From NCBI GenBank assembly GCA_905214315.1, contig CAJMLN010000006.1, positions 3,210-67,209 of the forward strand: 64,000 nucleotides of DNA, given 5' to 3'. The notes under the pieces are model-generated. The model was not told the origin of the DNA and made no database searches. It saw only the letters and a program-made list of their open reading frames with translations. The position numbers were made by a program, and so were the translations under genes. Below are positions 1-12,673 of the stretch, in pieces; within the stretch, counting starts at the first letter, position 1; each line of letters starts with the position of its first letter. Origin of the DNA: an uncultured bacterium (lineage in GTDB: Bacteria; Bacillota; Clostridia; Christensenellales; QALW01).

Positions 1-1269
1 ACACTGGAGCAGACCGGGCTTGAATATGACGAGGGTCCCGGTAAGGAACAGGGCCGGGGGCCGTATTTTCAGTCCCAGCGCAGGGAAATTTATAAAAAGT
101 ACGCGCAGGAGCTGGTGGAAAAGGGTGCGGCGTATTACTGCTTCTGTACCGACGCGCATCTGGAGGAGGAACGCCGGGCAGCCGAGGAACAGGGTCGGAC
201 CTATAAGTATCCCAAAACCTGTCTTTCCTTAAGCAGGGAGGAGATTCAAAAACGCATAGAGGCGGGAGAGCCGTATGTAATTCGCCAGAATACGCCGGAG
301 ACGGGGGTCGTTTCATTTGAGGACGTAATTTTCGGCACCATTACTGTGGACTGCGCCGACCTGGACGATATGGTGCTTTTGAAAAGCGACGGGCTGCCCA
401 CCTATAACTTTGCCAATGTGGTGGACGATCATTTGATGGAGATCACGCATGTGATGCGCGGCAGCGAGTATCTTTCCAGCACGCCCAAGTACAATCTGCT
501 GTATCAGGCCTTTGGCTGGGAGCCGCCGGTATATGTGCATCTGCCCCTGATTATGAAGGACGCGACCCATAAGCTTTCCAAGCGCAACGGGGATATGTCG
601 TTCCATGATCTTCTGGACGCGGGCTATCTTTCCGATGCGGTGGTCAATTATATCGCTCTTTTAGGCTGGAACGACGGTACCAATCAGGAAATTTATACGC
701 GCCGGGAGCTGATTGAGGCGTTTTCATTGGAGGGAATCAGCAAATCGCCCGCGATTTTTGATATTCCCAAACTGAAGTGGATGAACGGCGAATATATCAA
801 GGCGATGCCCTTTGACGATTTTTATCAGGCCGCGGAGCCATGGCTGGCACAGAACGAGGCTTTGAAGCAGTACGACTTTAAAAAGCTGGCCGCGCTGATT
901 CAGACGCGGATAGAGATTTTTTCGGAAATCCCCCAAAAACTGGCGTTTTTGCCGGAGGTGGCCCCGCATGAAACGGCGCTTTACTGCCATAAAAAGTTTA
1001 AGCTGGACGAAGCCGGCGCACGCGAGAGCCTGCAGCAGGTAAAAGAGGCGTATGAGGGAATTGAAACCTGGTGTGAGCAAAGCATCCATGACACGCTGAT
1101 TCAGCTGGCGCAGGAAAAGGGAAAAAAGAACGGTGCTATTATGTGGCCGGCGCGTGTTGCCCTGTGCGGGCTGGAGAGCACACCCGGCGGCGCCGTGGAG
1201 CTGGCGGATATTTTGGGAAAAGACGAGACGCTCCGGCGGCTGGATAGGGCGATTGCGATGTTTTCCTAA
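1..1269 (+). CDS. gltX: glutamyl-tRNA synthetase, 5'-truncated by the window edge
   Basis: Frame 1 is open from nt 1; the ORF track shows only the 115..1269 part. Motifs: GPYFQSQRREIYKKYAQELVEKGAAYYCFC, LPTYNFANVVDDHLMEITHVMRGSEY, and a KLSKRNG KMSKS-type loop. Confidence 0.93.
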   Translation, partial: TLEQTGLEYDEGPGKEQGRGPYFQSQRREIYKKYAQELVEKGAAYYCFCTDAHLEEERRAAEEQGRTYKYPKTCLSLSREEIQKRIEAGEPYVIRQNTPETGVVSFEDVIFGTITVDCADLDDMVLLKSDGLPTYNFANVVDDHLMEITHVMRGSEYLSSTPKYNLLYQAFGWEPPVYVHLPLIMKDATHKLSKRNGDMSFHDLLDAGYLSDAVVNYIALLGWNDGTNQEIYTRRELIEAFSLEGISKSPAIFDIPKLKWMNGEYIKAMPFDDFYQAAEPWLAQNEALKQYDFKKLAALIQTRIEIFSEIPQKLAFLPEVAPHETALYCHKKFKLDEAGARESLQQVKEAYEGIETWCEQSIHDTLIQLAQEKGKKNGAIMWPARVALCGLESTPGGAVELADILGKDETLRRLDRAIAMFS

Positions 1270-1273
1270 AAAA

Positions 1274-1300
1274 GGCGAAGAAATTTTCTTCGCCTTTTTT
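1274..1300. terminator. intrinsic terminator hairpin, bidirectional (A-run / stem / T-run)
   Basis: The ggcgaaga / tcttcgcc 8-bp stem is followed by tttttt and lies directly after the gltX stop. It also faces the convergent minus-strand SBP gene. Confidence 0.65.
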
Positions 1301-1383
1301 AGGCAGCACGATAGCCGCATAAAAGTCCGCTTGCCCATAATTTTCTAAGATATTGGCCTTTTCCATGCTTTTTTTCTTACGCC

Positions 1384-3030
1384 TCAAGAGGTTTCCTGTG
1401 TCGGTTCGGCAGGCTTTAAAAAGTACCAGGTGCTGATTTTGGAATACACGTCGAAATCTCTTTTGATTCCCGAGGGAACGAGGTCGGAGCGGTATAAAAA
1501 CGTATTTCTTTCAAAAAACAGGCCGATGTGCGGCAGCTCCTGTGCAAACAGAAGCTGCAGGCTGTTTGCCGCGGCCTTTAATTCCTCCAAGGTGCCGGCG
1601 TTATCTATCCGGGTAAGGATTGCGTCCATTTCCGCTGAGGAATAATTGGATAAATTGCCCTCGCCCTGCGACAGCGCAAATTTTAAATTGGGCGCTTCGG
1701 AGAGATAATAACCGCTTAAAATCAGGTCATAGCTGCCCTTTTGGATTACATCCTTCAAAGCAGCCTCAGCCAGGGCGTTTACATTCACTTTGATGCCAAT
1801 TTCTTTTAAATTCCGCTGAATGGAAAGCGCTGCTTCCCGGCGGACGGGATTTTCCGGGACGTTGATAACGGCCAGGGTCAATTCGATAATTTTGCCGTCG
1901 CTTTCCAGATACCCGTCGCCGTCGGTATCGGCATATTCCAGCTGTGCCAGCAGCTCCCGGGCGCGGGTCAGGTTTGTATCATACCGCTGGACGTTGGCGT
2001 TGGAGAGAGAGGAATCGTTATACAGGGGCTGTTCGGTGCCGGTGGCCTTGGTAAGATAGATGTTGTTGATGATATCCGTCCGGTTGATTGCATACGCAAC
2101 GGCCTGCCGGAAGGCGGTATTTGCCAAAAACGGATTTTTAAAGTTCGTGCCTAAATATACATAATTGCGCGAGGTATAGTCCAGCGCGGAAACGCCGTCG
2201 ATGATTTCATAGATATCCGTGGTCATTAAGGATGTGGGAACGCAGTCCAGCTCACCGGCCAAAAAGGCGTTGATAATCGATTCGGTATCGGCATAGCCGA
2301 CGGCTGTTACGCTCTCTAATACGGGCGTTTTTTTCCACCACTTGGAGTAGGCCTCCAGCTGCATCCGGGTTTCGCCTTCAAGGGAAAGGCTTTGGGCGTA
2401 AAAGCAGCCGCTTCCGCAGGGCAGCTCAAGCGTGGACGCGGGCTTGCCGCTGTAGTAGGCCTCGGGAATTATGGGAATGTTCAGGGCGTACAGCAGCGCA
2501 TAGGATTTTACTTTGGGATACAGCATCAGCGTCGTGCCGTAGCCTTCGGCCCGCTCGATGTAATAGGAGAGCGTGGCGTGATAGATGCTGGAGGCGTCGT
2601 TTAAGGCGGTGTTGATTGTATAGGCGGCGTCGCTGCCGCTGACCTCGCCCAAGTCGTTGTGCCAGTGTACGTTGCTGCGCAGCTCGAAAATCCAGACGTT
2701 CTGCGCTTCGTCATACCGCCAGCTCTGCGCCAGGCAGGCGGCAGGCTCCATAGCGTCGTCAAACTCTATCAGCGGCTCAAAGATCATAGAATAGACGCTG
2801 CGCATCTGCGCTTCCTTCAAGTACAGCGGGTGCATGGTGGCGGGGGAGCGCGTCATGGGAATGCGCAGTGTGCCGCCCGGCAGCGCTTCCTGCGGCTGCG
2901 TCTGGGTCACGCCTGCGTCGCCCGGCGGAGAAATGGGGGCCTCCGGCTCCTCCTGCCGGGAGCAGGCGCACAGAAGCAATGTTAAAAACAGCGCCGTCAG
3001 CTTAAGAATACAGCTTTTGATAGATTTCAT
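1384..3030 (-). CDS. ABC transporter substrate-binding lipoprotein, family 5 (peptide/nickel type)
   Basis: Signal peptide with a cysteine lipobox (LTLLLCACS). GGTLRIPM...MHPL...LAQSWRYDE..NVWIFELRSNVHWHN is typical of SBP_bac_5. Confidence 0.82.
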   Translation of the reverse strand: MKSIKSCILKLTALFLTLLLCACSRQEEPEAPISPPGDAGVTQTQPQEALPGGTLRIPMTRSPATMHPLYLKEAQMRSVYSMIFEPLIEFDDAMEPAACLAQSWRYDEAQNVWIFELRSNVHWHNDLGEVSGSDAAYTINTALNDASSIYHATLSYYIERAEGYGTTLMLYPKVKSYALLYALNIPIIPEAYYSGKPASTLELPCGSGCFYAQSLSLEGETRMQLEAYSKWWKKTPVLESVTAVGYADTESIINAFLAGELDCVPTSLMTTDIYEIIDGVSALDYTSRNYVYLGTNFKNPFLANTAFRQAVAYAINRTDIINNIYLTKATGTEQPLYNDSSLSNANVQRYDTNLTRARELLAQLEYADTDGDGYLESDGKIIELTLAVINVPENPVRREAALSIQRNLKEIGIKVNVNALAEAALKDVIQKGSYDLILSGYYLSEAPNLKFALSQGEGNLSNYSSAEMDAILTRIDNAGTLEELKAAANSLQLLFAQELPHIGLFFERNTFLYRSDLVPSGIKRDFDVYSKISTWYFLKPAEPTQETS

Positions 3031-3577
3031 AGCGCGTAGTCACCTTTGAAAGATATTTGGAGGTCTCTTTATAGGGAATGACATAGAGGGTTTTGCCGTC
3101 GGAGGAATATTTTTCATTTTGCAGCCACTGGCGCACATTGCCCTCGCCGCCGTTGTAGGCGGTAACAGCCAGGTCCGTGCTGCCGTCAAACCGGGAGAGA
3201 AGATAGGAAAAATAGCAACAGCCGATGCGGATATTCGTCTCCGGATCGGTAAGCGCGCCGGGATCGCAGGAAAGATCGTATTTTTCGGTAATCCACCGGG
3301 CGGTCTCGGGCAGAAGCTGCATCAGGCCCACCGCGCCCTTGGAGGATTCGGCGGCCGGGTCAAAGCCGCTTTCGGTGCTGATAATCGCATACACCAGATA
3401 CTTATCCAGTCCGAATTCCTCGCTGGAGGCTTCCACGTATTCGGAATACTGAATCGGAAGCTTTTGGCGGATCACCGTATTGCTCCAGATAAAGGCTATG
3501 TATAAAAGCACGGCCAGCGCCGCCGCGAGCGCGATAATTTTAATCAGCTGCTGTGAAAGAAAGGTTCCCTTTGCCAT
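3002..3577 (-). CDS. lytic transglycosylase (SLT domain), membrane anchored
   Basis: N-terminal TM segment, and the SLT catalytic motif ISTESGFDPAAESSKGAVGLMQLLPETA. Confidence 0.85.
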   Translation of the reverse strand: MAKGTFLSQQLIKIIALAAALAVLLYIAFIWSNTVIRQKLPIQYSEYVEASSEEFGLDKYLVYAIISTESGFDPAAESSKGAVGLMQLLPETARWITEKYDLSCDPGALTDPETNIRIGCCYFSYLLSRFDGSTDLAVTAYNGGEGNVRQWLQNEKYSSDGKTLYVIPYKETSKYLSKVTTRYEIYQKLYS

Positions 3578-4160
3578 AATATCCTCCTAATTTTTGAAGA
3601 ATCGCATCCGTCTGCCGCAGGGTCTGCGCCAGGGTGCCGGTGTTGTCAATGATGAAATCCGCCTTTTGCCTGCGGGTGCTGTCGTCCGTCTGGCGGGAAA
3701 TCCGCTCTAAAATTTCCCGGCGGGAAAGTCCGTCCCGCGCCTGGGCGCGGCGGATGCGCGTTTCGGTTTCGCACACCACCGCGATGACCTTATCGCAAAG
3801 CTGATCCAACCCGCTTTCCATCAGCAGCGGCGCGTCGAGAATCTTGATCGGCGCCGGGCTCTCTTCCATCCGGCAAAGGAGCTCCGCCTTGATGATGGGG
3901 TGCAGCAGTCCGTTCAGCTTTTCGGTGCGCGCGGAATCCGCAAATACGTACCCGGCCAGCTTTTTCCGGTCCAATACGCCGGCGGCGTCAAAAAAATCCC
4001 CGCCGAAAGCTTGGGCAATCGCCTGCGCGCCGGGGCCGCCTTTCTGGGTAACCCGGCGGGAAATTTCGTCCGCGTCGAACACGGGAAGGCCTTTTTGGGC
4101 CAGATAGGCCGAAACCGTGCTCTTGCCTGAGGCGATGCCGCCGGTAAGTCCTACAATCAT
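3540..4160 (-). CDS. coaE: dephospho-CoA kinase
   Basis: MIVGLTGGIASGKSTV P-loop. Family-typical length (206 aa). 4-nt overlap with polA. Confidence 0.9.
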   Translation of the reverse strand: MIVGLTGGIASGKSTVSAYLAQKGLPVFDADEISRRVTQKGGPGAQAIAQAFGGDFFDAAGVLDRKKLAGYVFADSARTEKLNGLLHPIIKAELLCRMEESPAPIKILDAPLLMESGLDQLCDKVIAVVCETETRIRRAQARDGLSRREILERISRQTDDSTRRQKADFIIDNTGTLAQTLRQTDAILQKLGGYYGKGNLSFTAAD

Positions 4161-6658
4161 TTCAGTTCAAACCAGGTCCTTCCTATGTTGGCCTCGGCAA
4201 CCAGCGGAACCGTAAGGGCCGCCGCGGCCTCCATGCGTTCTTTCAACAGGGCCGCCGCCCGCTGGGCGTCTTTTTGGCGGACCTCAAGGATCAGCTCGTC
4301 GTGTACCTGCAAAATCAGCTTGCCGTCGATATCCGAGCTTTCCAGGCCCTCCTGCACGTGCAGCATTGCCAGCTTGATAATATCGGCCGCACTGCCCTGA
4401 ATTGGCGCGTTCATCGCCACGCGCTCGCCGAAGGCGCGTACGTTGTGGTTCTGCGCCCGCAGCTGCGGAATCTCCCGCCGGCGGCCTAAAATTGTAGTAA
4501 CAAAGCCCTTTTCCTTTGCCTTTTGTACGCAGGCGTCCATATATTTCCTGACCTTGGGATATTTTAAAAAGTATTTTTCAATAAACGCGGCGGCCTCTTT
4601 GCGGGTAACGCCGGTATTTTTCGCCAGCCCGAAATCGCTGATGCCGTAAACGATGCCGAAATTTACCGCCTTGGCCGCGCTGCGCTGCTGCGGCGTGACG
4701 TCCGAGAGCGCCGTACCGAAGACCTCCGCCGCGGTGCGCGCGTGGATATCCTCGTTGTTCAAAAAGGCCCGGATCAGCGTTTCATCCCCGGAAAGGTGGG
4801 CCAGAATCCGCAGCTCTATTTGGGAATAATCAGCGTTTACCAGCAAAAAATCATCCTTTTCCGCGCGGAAGGCCCGGCGGATATTCTTGCCGTAGGCGGT
4901 GCGCACGGGAATATTCTGCAGGTTCGGCTCGGTGCTGGAAATCCGCCCGGTGGCGGTTACGGCCTGATTGAACGTGGAGTGGATTCGCCCGGTTTTGGGG
5001 GAAATCAGCGGATACATGCCGTCCACGTAGGTGCTTTTGAGCTTCTGCGCCTGCCGGTATTCGATAATGGGCTGAATAATCGGATGCTCCAGCTGCTCCA
5101 GCACGTCGTTATCGGTGGAATATCCGGTCTTGGTCTTGCGCCTGGCGGGCAGGCCGAGGTCCTGAAAGAGCACCTCGCCCAGCTGCTTGGGGCTGTTGAT
5201 ATTAAAGCTTTCGCGGCCGGAAAGCGTAAAAATTTCGGCCGAAAGCTCGTTTAAGCGCTGGCTGAATTCGGCGCCCAGCGTGCGCAGAATGTCGGCGTCC
5301 ACAAAAAAGCCGGTTTTTTCCATTGAAAACAGCACGCGCGCCAGCGGCAGTTCAATATCGCGGTACAGGGCGGACAGCTGCTTTTTTTCCAGCTCCTTTT
5401 GCTGCAGGGAAAAAATATGGCAAAGCGCCGCCGCCCCCGGGGCGGTATGATATTTTTCGGCGATGCGCGCAAAGGAGAGGTCCTCGTTGCCCGCGTCGAT
5501 CAGATATTCGGCCAGCATAACGTCGCCGGATATCCCGGCGATGGGATAGGGAAAAAAGTGCATGGCCTGTTTGCTGTCAAAAAAGATTTTCCGAATTTTG
5601 GGGTTTTCCAAAAACGGCTGCAGCAGCGCGGCGGCCGCTTCCTTTTCCATGCCGCCGGAGAGCAGATCTACCGCCAGGGGCAGAACGTACTGCACCTGCC
5701 CGCCCGGGCACAGGGTGATTTCCTGCTGTGTAATAAATACGGCCAGCGTGTCGCCGGCAAAGGTAAATTCCTCAAACGGCTTTGTGGTAAAGCTGAGGCG
5801 CGCTTCCGTCTTTCCGGTGCGCTCCAGCAGGCTTTTGAACTCATAGCGCGCAAAAATCTCGGCCGTTCTTTCGCTGTCCGGAGGCGCGTAGGCGCACTCG
5901 GCCAGCGGGGGAACGTCCACGTCCCGCACGATCGTCGCTAAATATTTGCTCTCCGCGGCGGCGGCCCCTCCGGCGCGGATTTTTTCGCCCAGCTTTCCGG
6001 TAATTTCCGCGGCGTTTTCCAGCACGCCCTCCACACTGCGGTATTTTTCCAAAAGGGAGAGCGCCGTTTTTTCCCCTACGCCGGCAATGCCGGGAATATT
6101 GTCGGAGGAATCGCCCATCAGGCCCTTTAAATCGCAGATCTGCGCGGGGGTAAGGCCGTAGGCGTCCTTCAGTCCTTCCGGCGTGAGCTTTTCCACCTCG
6201 GTAATACCCTTTTTGGTGAGCCACACGGTGGTGCTTTCACTGATCAGCTGCAGGGAATCCCGGTCGCCGGTCAGAATGACGCACCGGCCGCCCACTTCGT
6301 CCGAAAGCCGGGAATAGGTGCCGATGATATCGTCCGCCTCAAAGCCGGGCGCCTCCACGCAGCGCACGCCCAAATCCGTAAGGATTTCCTTCAGCAGGGG
6401 AAGCTGGGGAACCAGCTCCTCGGGCATTTTTTTGCGGCCGGCCTTATATTCGGCATATCTTTTGTGCCGGAAAGTGGGCTGCTTTACGTCAAAGGCGCAC
6501 ACGATGCAGTCGGGCTGATATTCATCGGCCACGCGGTAGAACATCTTTAAAAAGCCGTATACCGCGTTGGTATAGGTGCCGTCCTGGGCAGATAACAGCG
6601 GCAGCGCGTAAAAGGCGCGGTGAATCAGGCTGTTGCCGTCAATTAAAAGTGTTTTCAC
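4157..6658 (-). CDS. polA: DNA polymerase I
   Basis: 5'-nuclease N-terminus (LIDGNSLIHRAFYA, GDSSDNIPGIAGVGEKTA). Pol A motifs DYSQIELRILAHLSGDE, RSAAKAVNFGIVYG and QVHDELILE. Confidence 0.96.
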   Translation of the reverse strand: MKTLLIDGNSLIHRAFYALPLLSAQDGTYTNAVYGFLKMFYRVADEYQPDCIVCAFDVKQPTFRHKRYAEYKAGRKKMPEELVPQLPLLKEILTDLGVRCVEAPGFEADDIIGTYSRLSDEVGGRCVILTGDRDSLQLISESTTVWLTKKGITEVEKLTPEGLKDAYGLTPAQICDLKGLMGDSSDNIPGIAGVGEKTALSLLEKYRSVEGVLENAAEITGKLGEKIRAGGAAAAESKYLATIVRDVDVPPLAECAYAPPDSERTAEIFARYEFKSLLERTGKTEARLSFTTKPFEEFTFAGDTLAVFITQQEITLCPGGQVQYVLPLAVDLLSGGMEKEAAAALLQPFLENPKIRKIFFDSKQAMHFFPYPIAGISGDVMLAEYLIDAGNEDLSFARIAEKYHTAPGAAALCHIFSLQQKELEKKQLSALYRDIELPLARVLFSMEKTGFFVDADILRTLGAEFSQRLNELSAEIFTLSGRESFNINSPKQLGEVLFQDLGLPARRKTKTGYSTDNDVLEQLEHPIIQPIIEYRQAQKLKSTYVDGMYPLISPKTGRIHSTFNQAVTATGRISSTEPNLQNIPVRTAYGKNIRRAFRAEKDDFLLVNADYSQIELRILAHLSGDETLIRAFLNNEDIHARTAAEVFGTALSDVTPQQRSAAKAVNFGIVYGISDFGLAKNTGVTRKEAAAFIEKYFLKYPKVRKYMDACVQKAKEKGFVTTILGRRREIPQLRAQNHNVRAFGERVAMNAPIQGSAADIIKLAMLHVQEGLESSDIDGKLILQVHDELILEVRQKDAQRAAALLKERMEAAAALTVPLVAEANIGRTWFELK

Positions 6659-6870
6659 AAAAAACCTCGCATCCGGCGGAAGGCCGTTTTTATAAAGTAT
6701 ACCACGTTTTCAGGAAAAATAAAAGGGATTTTCCGCTGTTTCCCCACTGCCTGCGAAAATTTGCAGCGGACAAAAAAATAATCTGTACTTTAAAGGGTGT
6801 TTATGGTAAAATAAATGAAAAATCGGCCGTGCGCCGCCCCGGCGGCGGTCTCAGCAGAGGAGGAAGAACG

Positions 6871-8273
6871 ATGAAGGTTTTATTTGCCGCGTCCGAGGCC
6901 GCGCCCTTTGCCAAGGTGGGCGGGCTGGCCGACGTTGTAGGCTCGCTGCCGGCGGCCCTGGCGCAGAAGGGCGTGGAGACGGCGGTGATTCTTCCTAAAT
7001 ATAAAGTGATTGACGAAAAATACAAGGGCACCTTTTTGGGCAGCACGGAAGTCGTTATGGGCTGGCGCAGGCAGTACGCCGGGCTTTTTCTGCTGGAGTA
7101 CCGCGGCGTAAAGGTGTTTTTTGTGGACAATGAATATTATTTCGGCGGGGACAGCGTGTACGGATATTTGGAGGGAGAGGCCGAAAAATACGCGTTCTTT
7201 TCGCTGGCGGTGCTGGCGCTGCTGCCGCTTTCGGGCTTTATGCCCGACGTTCTGCACTGCAACGACTGGCAGACCGGTCTGCTGCCGCTGCTGCTGAAAA
7301 AGAAAAATTTTCCCGTAAAAACCGTGCTGACGATTCATAACCTGCAGTATCAGGGAACCTTCGGCCAGCAGGTTTTTAAGGATCTGCTCGGGTTTTCCGA
7401 CGATATGTTTACCGTTGACCGGCTGGAATTCTACGGCGGCGCCAGCTTTTTAAAGGGCGGCCTGCTCTATGCCGATCAGCTGACCACGGTGAGCCCCACC
7501 TACCGTGAGGAGACGCTGACCGCGCAGTACGGCGAGCGGATGGAGGGCGTGCTGGCCTGCCGCGCCGGGGATTATACCGGCATTTTAAACGGAATTGACG
7601 AAACCGATTACGATCCCGCCGCCGATAGCCTGATTTCCTTCCCCTACGCGGCGCCGGAGGGAAAGGCCGCCAATAAGGCTGCCCTGCAGGAGGAGCTGGG
7701 GCTGTGCAGGGAGGATGTGCCCCTGGTGGCGGTGGTCTCCCGCCTGTATGACCAGAAGGGGCTTTCCCTGATCCGGGAAAAGCTGCACGAGCTGCTGTTT
7801 TCCCAAAAATTCCAGCTGGCGGTGCTCGGAACGGGAGAGCCGGAATACGAACGGTTTTTTACCGATATCGCCCGGTGGTATCACGGCCGTGTTTCGGTGC
7901 GCATCGGCTATGACAACGCTCTGGCGCACCGCATCTATGCCGGGTCCGATCTGTTTTTGATGCCCTCGCGCTTTGAGCCCTGCGGGCTTTCCCAGCTGAT
8001 TGCCATGCGCTACGGCGCTCTGCCGGTGGTGCGGCGCACGGGAGGGCTCAGCGATACCGTAAAGGACGTCGGCGACGGCGGCTGGGGCTTCTGCTTTGAC
8101 GATTACAGCGCGGAGCAGATGGCCGGCGCGCTTTGCCGGGGCTTTGAATGCTTTTATGATTCGGCGGCCTTTGCCGCGGCGCAGAAGAGGGCCATGGCGC
8201 AGGATTTTTCCTGGAACAGGAGCGCGGAGGCATACCGGAATTTATATAACAGGCTTTGCGGAGGTGAGCATTG

Positions 8274-8274
<1 letters not shown>
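6871..8274 (+). CDS. glgA: glycogen synthase (ADP-glucose type, GT5)
   Basis: Start taken at the internal ATG 6871, preceded by gaggagga. MKVLFAASEAAPFAKVGGLADVVGSLP; C-terminal PSRFEPCGLSQLIAMRYG. The upstream 74 codons of the tracked ORF look non-coding. Confidence 0.92.
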
Positions 8275-10669
<2,395 letters not shown>

Positions 10670-10691
<22 letters not shown>

Positions 10692-12595
10692 TCTTTGATT
10701 CTCACAGCACGGCGTTTCGCTGTCCCCAGGGGGCAATCAAGCGCGGAGAAACCCTGAAACTGTCGGTTTTTGTCAGCGCGGCGCTCTCGCCGGAGCGCGT
10801 AACGGCAAGGCTGTGGGAAAACGGCGCCGAGCGGCTGCTGCCTCTGGAGCGGCGCCGCTTCTTTTCCCATACGCCCTACGGTGATTTTCTGCAGGAATTC
10901 TGCCTGAATGTTTCATGTGAAACAATCGGGCTGTTCTGGTATCAGTTCCGGATTGACACGCCCGGCGGGCCGTTGTACTGCGGCAATCGCGAGGATATGC
11001 TCGGCGGCGCGTGCGCCGTGCGGACGGAGCCGGATTACCGGTACAGCTACCGGGTAAACGTCGTGGACGAGGCCTTTGCCGTGCCGGACTGGGCGCAGGG
11101 CGCGGTGATGTATCAGATTTTCCCCGACCGCTTTTTCCGGGCGCGGGGGGAAGGGGATCCGGCCGGCCGGCGGATGCACGCGGACTGGAGAGAGCAGCCG
11201 GAATATCTTCCCGATCCTGAAAAGGGCTATTATCCTGCGGATGATTTTTTCGGCGGCAATTTAAAGGGCATTGAGGAAAAGCTGCCGTATTTCAAGAGCC
11301 TGCACGTTGAGGTGCTGTATCTGAACCCGATTTTCCGCGCGTATTCCAACCACCGCTACGATACCGGCGACTATGAGACCGTTGATCCGCTGCTGGGAAC
11401 GCGGAAGGATTTTGAAGATCTGTGCGCCGCGGCGGAAAGCCTCGGGATACGGGTGATTTTAGACGGCGTGTTTTCCCACACCGGCAGCGACAGCCGCTAT
11501 TTTAACCGCGAGGGGACGTATCCCGAATTAGGCGCGTACCAATCCGAGGCTTCCCCGTATTATCCGTGGTATAATTTTTCGGAATTTCCCCGAAAATACG
11601 ATTGCTGGTGGGGCGTGTGGTCCCTGCCCTGCGTGAAAGAGATGACGCCCTCGTATATCGATTATATCCTTACCGGCAGGGAGAGCATCGTGCGGCGCTG
11701 GCTGAGAAGCGGCGCCTCCGGCTGGCGGCTGGACGTGGCCGACGAGCTGCCGGATGAATTTATCGCGCTTCTGCGCCGCTGCGCGAAGGAAGAAAAGAGC
11801 GACGCGCTGATTCTCGGCGAGGTGTGGGAGGACGCGGCCGACAAGGTCAGCTACGGGCGGCAGAGGGAATTTCTGTTCGGCCGTGGACTGGACAGCGTTA
11901 TGAATTATCCCCTGCGCGAGGCGATTGTCGGGCTCCTGACCGGGGAGCTTCCGGCGGAGGCGTTCTGCCGCCGCGTGCTTTCCCTGCGGGAGAATTATCC
12001 GCCGCAGACGTTTTTCAGCACGATGAATTTCCTCTCCACCCACGATGTGGCGCGCATTACCACGCGCCTGGCCGGAGATACGCAGGGGCTCTCCCGGGAG
12101 GAGAAGGCGCGGCATCGGGTGAGCGGCGATGCCCTGATGCGTGCAGCGGCGCTGCATAAGCTGGGCGCCCTGCTGCTGTATGCGCTGCCCGGTATGCCCT
12201 GCATCTATTACGGCGATGAGGCCGGTCTGCAGGGCTGTGAGGATCCCTTCAACCGCGGCACCTATCCCTGGGGAAACGAGGACGCCGGGCTTCTGGCCTG
12301 GTACCGGGCCCTGGGCGAGCTGCGGGACGAGGTCTTCCGCCGGGGTGCGCTGTGCCTGGAGGCGGCCGGGCCGCTGGTGAGCGTCCGGCGGGAATACGGC
12401 AGCCGGCGCCGCAGCGTGCTGATAAATCCCACCGACGACTGTGCCGAAACACTGCTGGACGCCTCCTATTTTAAAGAGGAGCCGCGGCTGCTTCTGGCCA
12501 CCGGGGGGGACGTGCAGTATTCCGTGCGGGAAAACGGATGGTATCTGCTGCTGCCGCCCTATGGGGGCGCGGCGTTCGGAGAATGTTTCACATGA
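10670..12595 (+). CDS. GH13 alpha-glycosidase (neopullulanase / cyclomaltodextrinase-like)
   Basis: The four GH13 conserved regions are present: DGVFSHTG, GWRLDVADEL, ILGEVWED and NFLSTHDVAR. The start overlaps the glgP 3' end. Confidence 0.85.
10907..10926. repeat. palindrome copy 1: AATGTTTCA-TG-TGAAACAAT (inside the GH13 CDS)
   Basis: Read directly from the sequence. Core is GTTTCA-N2-TGAAAC. Confidence 0.9.
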
Positions 12596-12604
12596 AACAT
12601 TCTG
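12579..12604. repeat. palindrome copy 2: GAGAATGTTTCA-CA-TGAAACATTCTG (spans the GH13 stop codon)
   Basis: Read directly; the arms match 11 of 12. The TGA stop at 12593-12595 lies in the right arm. Confidence 0.9.
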
Positions 12605-12617
12605 AGACAAAGGCGGA

Positions 12618-12636
12618 AAGGGAAGGTCCCTTTTTT
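12618..12636 (+). terminator. weak intrinsic terminator after the GH13 gene
   Basis: aagggaAGGtccctt hairpin (6 bp) followed by tttttt. Confidence 0.4.
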
Positions 12637-12642
12637 ATAAAA

Positions 12643-12658
12643 AGTTTCACGTGAAACA
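12643..12658. repeat. palindrome copy 3: AGTTTCA-CG-TGAAACA, just upstream of the VOC gene RBS
   Basis: Read directly. It ends 3 nt before the aggagag RBS of the 12674 gene. Confidence 0.9.
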
Positions 12659-12673
12659 AAAGGAGAGAGTTTT

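Noticed and set aside
6649-6870. N-terminal extensions of tracked ORFs. The glgA ORF extends from 6649. The same applies at 28388-28597, 36082-36333, 17186-17287, 31187..32230 (upper 150 nt), 34636-34698, 37735-37770 and 54278-54463.
   Set aside because: In each case an internal ATG carries a strong GGAGG-type RBS, and the conserved protein N-terminus begins there. The upstream codons overlap neighbouring genes or promoter regions and look non-coding.
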